In this document: positions 47,412 to 53,760 of the stretch, one piece after another
Layout: each line of letters opens with the position of its first letter
Position numbering within the stretch: position 1 is the stretch's first letter
DNA from: Candidatus Omnitrophota bacterium
GTDB lineage: Bacteria; Omnitrophota; Gorgyraeia; Zapsychrales; Fredricksoniimonadaceae
Reading direction: 5' to 3'
Length of the DNA: 53,760 bases
NCBI GenBank assembly: GCA_021731625.1
Contig: JAKFXC010000042.1
Span: forward strand, 640 to 54,399
Made by a program: the position numbers and the translations under genes
The notes under the pieces: generated by a model
The model's input: the letters and a program-made list of their open reading frames with translations, nothing else
What the model was told of the DNA's origin: nothing
Database searches by the model: none

Positions 47412-48466
47412 ACTTTCGAAACCCCCAAGCCGATGGCGACCCCCAACTGCGAAGAGAACGTACGCACATCCGATGCCGTGGCTGAGGCGCCCAGCTGCAC
47501 CAAGGCCAGCGGGTCCCAGCGCCGCACCGACATCCCCAACTGCTTTTCAAAAATATGTTCCATCCCCTTGGTCAAAGAGCCGCCGCCAAGCAAATACATC
47601 TCGTCGACCTGGATGTTTTTCTCCGTCATGAAATAATCCAGCGACAAACGGACTTCCCCAACGAGATTGCTCACCGCGGCCCCAAATGCTTCCAAGACCT
47701 CGCTGGTTTGCTGCCCGATGGTCCGGTTGAGCTCCTCAGGCTTCGAGGCCTCGACCCCCAAGATGTTGGCGGCTTGCAGGGTGATGTCCTGATTACCGAT
47801 AAAAATGTCGCGGGTAAAAAGCGGAGAGGCGTCCTTGATCATGGAAATATTGCTGACCGCCCCGCCGATGTCTAAGACTGCCTTGGCATTGGCTGAGGAG
47901 ACCACCGTCGGTCCGACGCTGCTAAAGGCATTGGCCAAGGCAATGGAATTGACGGTGATGTGGCCCAACTCCAGGCCGGCCTCTTTAAAGAGCTTGATAC
48001 GCTCATCGATGATTTCTTTCTTAACTGCCACCACCAGTACCGACATTTTCTTTTCTTTGGGTTTTTGGTCTAAGATGGCGCAATCAGTGTAAATGCTCTG
48101 CGGGTCAAAAGGAAAATATTTGTCCAAATCAAACGTCAGCGACTTGCGCAGGTCCTCCAAGGGCATTTGCGGCATATCCATGTAACGGATCAAAGTCCCC
48201 TTGCCTGACACCGACGTTACCGGCACCTTCTCGGAACTAAAGTCCACCCCTGCCAGGAGCTTCCTTAACGCTTCCGGAGCATTGCCGCCTTCGATCCGTT
48301 CGATCCCCCACGCATCCAGCACAAACGCATTGCCGGGCTTGGTGATCTGCACCGCTTTGACGTAACTGGTTCCAATGTCAATGCCAACGACGGGGACCTG
48401 GGTGTGCTTGGGAATAAGCCGATTGACAAATCCGAGGTACGTATTAAATATTTGTTTAAAATCCAT
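47408..48466 (-). CDS. pilM: type IV pilus assembly protein PilM (actin-like)
   Basis: VGIDIGTSYVKAV, VLDIGGA, LLGGGS, VAIGLG. Confidence 0.9.
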   Translation of the reverse strand: MDFKQIFNTYLGFVNRLIPKHTQVPVVGIDIGTSYVKAVQITKPGNAFVLDAWGIERIEGGNAPEALRKLLAGVDFSSEKVPVTSVSGKGTLIRYMDMPQMPLEDLRKSLTFDLDKYFPFDPQSIYTDCAILDQKPKEKKMSVLVVAVKKEIIDERIKLFKEAGLELGHITVNSIALANAFSSVGPTVVSSANAKAVLDIGGAVSNISMIKDASPLFTRDIFIGNQDITLQAANILGVEASKPEELNRTIGQQTSEVLEAFGAAVSNLVGEVRLSLDYFMTEKNIQVDEMYLLGGGSLTKGMEHIFEKQLGMSVRRWDPLALVQLGASATASDVRTFSSQLGVAIGLGVSKV

Positions 48467-48469
48467 AAA

Positions 48470-49045
48470 TTACTTTTTGGTCGGAATGGGGGCCAGGGTC
48501 AGTTCCACGACCACGGCCTTGCGTTTCCAGTAAAAAAAACACAACTCATGCTTGGTGGTTTGATCAGGGCTAAATTCCACTCCGCCCATGGCAGAATTCT
48601 TGTAGTTGCGGGGCGGGGACATCACCAGGTCCGCGTAACCTAAGCTCGTCAGAGCATTTTTAAAGTCGGTACCAATGAGCGTGCACAGCTCACCGCAGGC
48701 AGCGATCATGGAAATGTCATCCTCATCGTCGGGCACTTTGATCCCCAATTGATGGAGCATTTTGCCGGCGTTTTCAAAATCCATATACAGCACCATAGCC
48801 CCCCGGGCTTTGTGACGCTCCAAATCCGCCGCGTTTAGATAAAAATTGACCGACGAAATATAGGCGGGTGAGTTGAGTTTCTCCATGCTGTTGACCCGCA
48901 TGCGGCCTTCGTACTGGGCAATGTCGAGGTCTTTGGCCTGGGGGGGCTCACTGGGTGGTATACCGCTCATGGTCGCCAGCCTCTGCTCGATGCAGGTCTG
49001 CATAGCTTTGGTCACCTGGGGATCGATCCCCTTGGTTACGGCCAT
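48470..49045 (-). CDS. CheX/CheC-like protein (degenerate)
   Basis: AACGELCTLIGTDFKNALTSLG..LVMSPP resembles the CheX GE-x2-N..G..K..L..S.P segment; AGGAG RBS before ATG at 49045. Confidence 0.6.
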   Translation of the reverse strand: MAVTKGIDPQVTKAMQTCIEQRLATMSGIPPSEPPQAKDLDIAQYEGRMRVNSMEKLNSPAYISSVNFYLNAADLERHKARGAMVLYMDFENAGKMLHQLGIKVPDDEDDISMIAACGELCTLIGTDFKNALTSLGYADLVMSPPRNYKNSAMGGVEFSPDQTTKHELCFFYWKRKAVVVELTLAPIPTKK

Positions 49046-49055
49046 ATTGTCTCCT

Positions 49056-49230
49056 TCAATGAGCCCCTGACTTGCACAGCTTTGTTTAGACAAAATATTT
49101 GCGGCATGGACCCTGAAAAGCTTAGCGAGCAAATATTCTGTCTAAGCGAACGCCAAGTCAGCCGGGCGAACGTGGCCCACATTGGGCCACGTACAGATTT
49201 TTCGGCGGCCCAGCCGAGAAATCTGTAGAC
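49056..49230 (-). repeat. structured intergenic element, family B copy 2
   Basis: Hairpins tacagatttctcggc/gccgaaaaatctgta, acgtggccca/tgggccacgt and ttagacagaatatttgc/gcaaatattttgtctaa; homologous to 2512-2666. Confidence 0.7.
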
Positions 49231-49250
49231 CCACTTCATATTCTTGATAA

Positions 49251-49279
49251 ATCATAATGCCATTTTATAGTTTTTTCAA
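49251..49279 (-). promoter_or_regulatory. putative sigma70 promoter for the cheX-like/pilMNOPQ operon
   Basis: TTGAAA-17 bp-TATGAT. Confidence 0.6.
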
Positions 49280-49295
49280 CAGCTTCCTGGCATTA

Positions 49296-49676
49296 TTAAC
49301 CAAGTACCGGCAGGATTGCAGCTTTCAATTGGTCAGGGGTAAATGGTTTGGCCACGGAGCCAGCTACATTGGCACGGCCGGCCAAAGGGGCTGGGATTTC
49401 TTCTTCCTCACCTTCCGTTGTCATGAGAACAATGGGGACCTTAGACAGCGCTTTGGCCTTGGCAATACCCTTGATAAAATGCAATCCTGACTTCCCTGGC
49501 ATATCCCAATCGCACAACACCAGGACCACGTCGGGGGCATGGCTCGCCAAGACCGTAACTCCCTCCTCGCCGTTGCTGGCCTCCAAGATCTCATGCTTCA
49601 ACCCGGCCTTTTGGATAATACTAATGAGCATCTTGCGCTGTATTGCGGAATCATCGATGACCAAAATTTTTTTCAT
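49296..49676 (-). CDS. single-domain response regulator (CheY-like)
   Basis: KILVIDDS, LCDWDMPGKSG, MTT, AKPFT; start MKKIL after GGAG. Confidence 0.9.
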   Translation of the reverse strand: MKKILVIDDSAIQRKMLISIIQKAGLKHEILEASNGEEGVTVLASHAPDVVLVLCDWDMPGKSGLHFIKGIAKAKALSKVPIVLMTTEGEEEEIPAPLAGRANVAGSVAKPFTPDQLKAAILPVLG

Positions 49677-49693
49677 CCCGTTTCTCCAAAATT

Positions 49694-50152
49694 TTAAAAC
49701 GGCTTCGACGGGACAACCTTGTGGGCCGCCACGGAAATCATGCTGGCGGTGGCCAGGGCCGGCCGCCGGGTCGCGAGCCATTCCAGAGATTTGTTGGCCC
49801 GGAGTTCATTCTCCGATGTAGGACAGTTAAACGGCGCCACGGCACCGATTTCCTGCACTAGGCTCGCCATCATTTCCGGAACGGTATTGTATTCCGGATA
49901 CGCGTGACTCAACAGAATATATTCCGCATCGCGCACAATGACGGCACTGGCGACAAACCCCTCCAGTCCGCCCTGCCTCAGACGCCCTTCCTGTGCCAGC
50001 AGGCGCAAATGCCTGGCCATCTCCTCCATGCCATTGTGCATCAAAAAAGCCGCTGCCATTGTGACCGCGTCATGGTCCAAAGGCAAGACTTTAAAAGCGC
50101 CCACTTCGTGGCGGCTGATTTCTTGCCAAACATGGTCCGGAAGCGGCATCAT
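49694..50152 (-). CDS. hypothetical protein (152 aa)
   Basis: Fills the gap; ATGA overlap with the upstream gene. Confidence 0.7.
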   Translation of the reverse strand: MMPLPDHVWQEISRHEVGAFKVLPLDHDAVTMAAAFLMHNGMEEMARHLRLLAQEGRLRQGGLEGFVASAVIVRDAEYILLSHAYPEYNTVPEMMASLVQEIGAVAPFNCPTSENELRANKSLEWLATRRPALATASMISVAAHKVVPSKPF

Positions 50153-51471
50153 ATTTTTTTAGCCACAGCTGCGTCGGCCTCCATAGTAATTTCATTTGCC
50201 AAATCGCTGTGCACGGCCTTGTCCAGCTGTTGCTTCGAAGACAATAACTGTTCAATCCCCGTAAACAAGCGGGCGGCCTCGGATTCTACGCTGGCATACT
50301 CTGCCGCGCGGCCGGTCAAAGTGCTCAAAGGCGCATAACGCTCATCCAAAAGAGTGTCCAAGGCGTCGTATTTGGTTTGCAAAAAAATAAAACGGATGAC
50401 CAGGTTCGCAGCTTTGGGATCAGGATTTCTGGCGCTAAAATATTTATTGACCAATTGAGCCAGCTGGGCCTTGACGACATTTAAGCCGCCCTCATACGCT
50501 GGCAGATCTGAAGACGCCGCCAAAAATTTTTTAAATTCTAAATTCGTCAATCGGTCCTTGAGAGCCCTCAATGCCAGACTGTCGAACCCGGGTTTGGGCG
50601 CCATCGGCGGCATAAAAGAATTCTGGAGCTTTTCCCGTAAGGAAATAAATCCTTCTTCCACCTGTGCCGCCTGCTCCGATTTCATGCGGTCTAAAATTAT
50701 CTTCGCCGAGGGGCTGACCACTGTGTAACGTTCCGGCTGCCGATAACCGTCTAATTTTTGATGCAATTTCTCTAGACGATCACGGGCTTGGCCTAATTGG
50801 GTATCAACGCTGTTAAAAGCCCTCACCAGGGTTTCGTAACGCCTGGCCACGTACATGTCTTGATAAACTTCCTGCACCGCCCGTAAATAATTTTTGGCAT
50901 TCCGGGGCGTCATGGCGCGCACCTCCACGAAAAGCTCGTCCGGTGCCTGCGTGGGTCTGACCAACATCCGTTCGTGGAACAAGCTGGCGAACGGGGCCAG
51001 CAACCAACCTTGGTCCTTCAAAAATTCCGGCCAATGCAGGGTCTTCTGCAAGGCGCGAATCCGCAATTCCGAAGAATTGAGCATTTCCATCCGTTCTTTC
51101 AAGCCGAGACTTGGATTTATGCCGCGAATGTTTAACGTTTGCGGGTTATGATGCACGACTAAAGACGCTGCAAACGCAGGCTGAGCAAATTGCCACCCAA
51201 CATAAATGGCCAGAGGGACGGCGGCCAACCCCCAAACAACCCAGCCATATTTTTGCCAATTCCGCGTGGGGCGGGGCGGCGGTGCTTCATTTTGTTGAAT
51301 GTCCCCTAGCTTTTTCTCCAACGCCTCGATCTTAGCCACCAATAGTGTAAGGGTAACCTGATCCGAAGATTCCCTGGACGCAGCCTTGGGCCGATGAATC
51401 TGCTCGATGATCGGAGTGACCGGTGCCGGGTCAAGGATGGCTTGCTGGGACTTCTTCGGGTAACGGACCAT
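50149..51471 (-). CDS. membrane-anchored coiled-coil protein with Wzz/Wzc(GumC)-like segment
   Basis: One TM near aa 75-95; LFVEVRAMTPRNAKNYLRAVQEVY...QLGQARDRLE resembles polysaccharide co-polymerase periplasmic domains. Confidence 0.65.
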   Translation of the reverse strand: MVRYPKKSQQAILDPAPVTPIIEQIHRPKAASRESSDQVTLTLLVAKIEALEKKLGDIQQNEAPPPRPTRNWQKYGWVVWGLAAVPLAIYVGWQFAQPAFAASLVVHHNPQTLNIRGINPSLGLKERMEMLNSSELRIRALQKTLHWPEFLKDQGWLLAPFASLFHERMLVRPTQAPDELFVEVRAMTPRNAKNYLRAVQEVYQDMYVARRYETLVRAFNSVDTQLGQARDRLEKLHQKLDGYRQPERYTVVSPSAKIILDRMKSEQAAQVEEGFISLREKLQNSFMPPMAPKPGFDSLALRALKDRLTNLEFKKFLAASSDLPAYEGGLNVVKAQLAQLVNKYFSARNPDPKAANLVIRFIFLQTKYDALDTLLDERYAPLSTLTGRAAEYASVESEAARLFTGIEQLLSSKQQLDKAVHSDLANEITMEADAAVAKKI

Positions 51472-51475
51472 GATT

Positions 51476-53760
51476 TTACGGCGAATTCATCAATTCGCGG
51501 GTTTTTTCCAATTCTGCTTTGATGGCCCGGAGCTTGTCTTGATTTGGCGTCGCCGGGCTGGCGTTCATATGCTTGAGCAATCCCTCATTCTCCTGCTGTA
51601 AAGCTTTTTTCTCTTCCAGCTCTTTCTTGATCTGGCGGTTCAAAGCGTCGGTCTTTTCTAACACCGAAATATACAATTGCTGTTTCTCATTCAACAGATC
51701 CGTGAACGAACGGGCCTGATTTTCCAAAACGGTGATTCGATCTTGCTGCGCTTTGCTGCTTTGGCCACGTTGGTTTTCTTTGACTTGGGCCGCCAACTGG
51801 GCTTCATATTTATTTTGCATCTCTTGCAAAGATCTTTTGCTCTGCGCTAGCTCATTCAGGCTTTGCTGCAATTGGGCATTGAGATCCTTGATCCTTTGTT
51901 CAAAATTCCCGCTGCCTTGCTGTAGCTCCATCGTCAACCGCTTGTTTTCCTGCAGAGCTCTCTGGCTTTCCGACAGTTGACCAATGAGCTTTTCTTTGTT
52001 CTTCTGGAGTTCCTCGGCCCTCGCATCCACAGCCTCCTTGGCGCGCAAGATTTCCTGCAATTGATTCTGGCCTTGGGTGTTCTTTTCCTGAAGACGGGCC
52101 TGCGCCGCCGCGGCGGCCTCGTTGGCCTTCATGTTTTCTTGCAATTGACTATGCATCTGCCGCAACTGGGCAGTGAGCTGGTCGACCTGGGTCTGGTTTT
52201 GGGTTGCCAAAGCTAAAAGCTTATTTTTATGCTCTTGCTCTGCTTTTAAAATCTGCTGGGTCTCCTGCAGCAATTTTTGTGTTTCTGCCGCCTGCCATTC
52301 AAATTTGCTCAAACCTTGGCTTTTAGCTTCGGCGGCGTCCCTGGCCTGGCTAAGTTCATTGATTTTGCCATTTAAAAGGGCCACGGTGCGTTCCCCTTCG
52401 GCCTGAGCCGCCTGGGCGGCCTGCAGATTCTGTTTATACCGGGCCAATTCCTGATTGTACGCCCCTACCCTGACCTCAGCACTCTCCTTGCTCTTTTGAA
52501 TTTCCTGGACTTCCTTCTTAAGGGCATTTAACTCTTCCGTGCGGGCATTGAGTTGCTGGGCAGTAGCCTCGTGATTCTTACTCAGTTCCTGCAACTGGCC
52601 TTGGGCTTGCCTGAGCTGGCCGTCGGCTTGTTCGGCCAGTTTGGTCGCTTGGTCGAATTTCGTTTGCGCTTGTGCATTGGTGTAGTTTAAGTCATTGATT
52701 TTTCCATTTAATACAGCCACGTTTTCCTGCAAATTAATTTGCGCTTTTTTCGCTTCCGCCAACTCTGCCTGCGTTTGCTTAAGCTGTTGGACGTCTTGCT
52801 CGTGGCTGGCTTGCTCTTGCAGAAATTTATTGTTGGTGGACTCCAGGGCAGAGGCCTGCTCCTTGAGTTGTCTATCGACAGACTCTCTGTTTTTCTTTAA
52901 TTCTTGCAGTTCCTTTTGGACCTGGATGCTGCGGATCTCTTCCTGTTTGGATTTTTGCATCGCCTCCTCGAGGGCGGTGGTCTTGGCACGGAGCTCGTTT
53001 TCGGCAGAGGTTTTGCTTCTTTGAAGCTCTTGTATTTCTTTCAACTGGGTTTGGCCCTTCTGCGTTTGCTTCTCCAGTTGTTCTGTTTGCTTGAGCACCG
53101 AAGCTTTGGATTCTTCAACTTGTTTGGTGAGCTGCGCGATTTTACCTTCTGCCTCGTCTTTGGCCTTATGCAAGAATTGCAGGTCTTTTTGGGTCTGCTT
53201 CAATTGCCCATTAAGTTGCTCAGTTTGTTTCTGGGCTTGAGTGTTGGTCTGATTCAAGCCATTGATTCTGCCATTGAGGACCGCTTCATTGTCATGCAAC
53301 TCGGTTTGGACTTTTTGCCCTTGCTTGATTTGCTCTTGCTGTTCCTTAATGCGGGCTTCGGCTTGATTAAGCTGATTGTTTAACTGCCCGTTTTTATCTT
53401 GGTGCTCCTTTACACTTGCTTCGGCACTGTCCTTAGCTTTGCGTAGGTCTTGGAGTTCCTGTTCTTTTTGGCTTAACTGGTCACTTAATTGCTCGCCTTT
53501 TTTATTGAGCTGATCGATCCTACCCATCTGCTCTTTGGCCTTGGCCTCAGCCACCTCTTGGGACTTCTGTAACTCTGCCACTTCTTTTTGCTTCTGGTTT
53601 AGCTGATTGCTCCATTGCTCGGCTTGTTTGAGCGACGAGGTCTTAAGGTCCTCCATCTGCTTGCTTAATTGCCCGACTCTTTCTTGCTGGTCTTTGGTAG
53701 CGGATTCGGCAGTGTCTTTGGCTTTTTGCAGGTCTTGTAGTTCTTTCTGCTTCTGGTTTA
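51476..53760 (-). CDS. large Q/K/E-rich repetitive coiled-coil protein (5' end outside window)
   Basis: Frame stays open to the window end (NQKQKELQDLQKAKDTAE...); heptad-rich, with internal repeats. Confidence 0.85.
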   Translation of the reverse strand, partial: NQKQKELQDLQKAKDTAESATKDQQERVGQLSKQMEDLKTSSLKQAEQWSNQLNQKQKEVAELQKSQEVAEAKAKEQMGRIDQLNKKGEQLSDQLSQKEQELQDLRKAKDSAEASVKEHQDKNGQLNNQLNQAEARIKEQQEQIKQGQKVQTELHDNEAVLNGRINGLNQTNTQAQKQTEQLNGQLKQTQKDLQFLHKAKDEAEGKIAQLTKQVEESKASVLKQTEQLEKQTQKGQTQLKEIQELQRSKTSAENELRAKTTALEEAMQKSKQEEIRSIQVQKELQELKKNRESVDRQLKEQASALESTNNKFLQEQASHEQDVQQLKQTQAELAEAKKAQINLQENVAVLNGKINDLNYTNAQAQTKFDQATKLAEQADGQLRQAQGQLQELSKNHEATAQQLNARTEELNALKKEVQEIQKSKESAEVRVGAYNQELARYKQNLQAAQAAQAEGERTVALLNGKINELSQARDAAEAKSQGLSKFEWQAAETQKLLQETQQILKAEQEHKNKLLALATQNQTQVDQLTAQLRQMHSQLQENMKANEAAAAAQARLQEKNTQGQNQLQEILRAKEAVDARAEELQKNKEKLIGQLSESQRALQENKRLTMELQQGSGNFEQRIKDLNAQLQQSLNELAQSKRSLQEMQNKYEAQLAAQVKENQRGQSSKAQQDRITVLENQARSFTDLLNEKQQLYISVLEKTDALNRQIKKELEEKKALQQENEGLLKHMNASPATPNQDKLRAIKAELEKTRELMNSP

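Noticed and set aside
49046-49250. Leader as a known c-di-GMP-I or other familiar riboswitch
   Set aside because: I could not find the diagnostic GCAAAC...GAAA...GACGCAAAG pattern or another consensus I recognise; it is kept as an unknown motif.

Overview
This is a bacterial chromosomal core region with essentially every real gene on the minus strand. Bases 1-29715 form one contiguous transcription/translation supercluster: tRNA-Thr, rpmG, tRNA-Trp, secE, nusG, rplKAJL, rpoBC, rpsLG, fusA, tuf and the S10/spc/alpha operons, ending in a partial rpoA. At higher coordinates lie tyrS, rpsA, a 934-aa secreted modular hypothetical protein, plsC, a phosphohexomutase, nadD, proAB, obgE and rplU. Beyond those are a full RNase E/G gene with a truncated tandem paralog, a pilMNOPQ type IV pilus assembly operon, CheX-like and CheY-like genes, and a large coiled-coil protein cut by the window edge. 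The 934-aa protein resembles, from recall only, a family typical of Ca. Omnitrophota (PVC superphylum), so that origin is an inference. The most unusual signals are: (1) two dispersed intergenic element families, each present twice with compensatory base changes, namely a 167-bp long palindrome and a ~155-175-nt structured element ending just before start codons; (2) a tRNA-Trp 3'-end duplication enclosing a hairpin array; (3) tandem hairpins in the tRNA-Thr leader; (4) a DxAM-delimited polyprotein-like secreted protein; (5) a catalytically truncated RNase E/G paralog followed by an unannotated 33-aa membrane peptide; and (6) no rpmA or rpmD at their usual positions.
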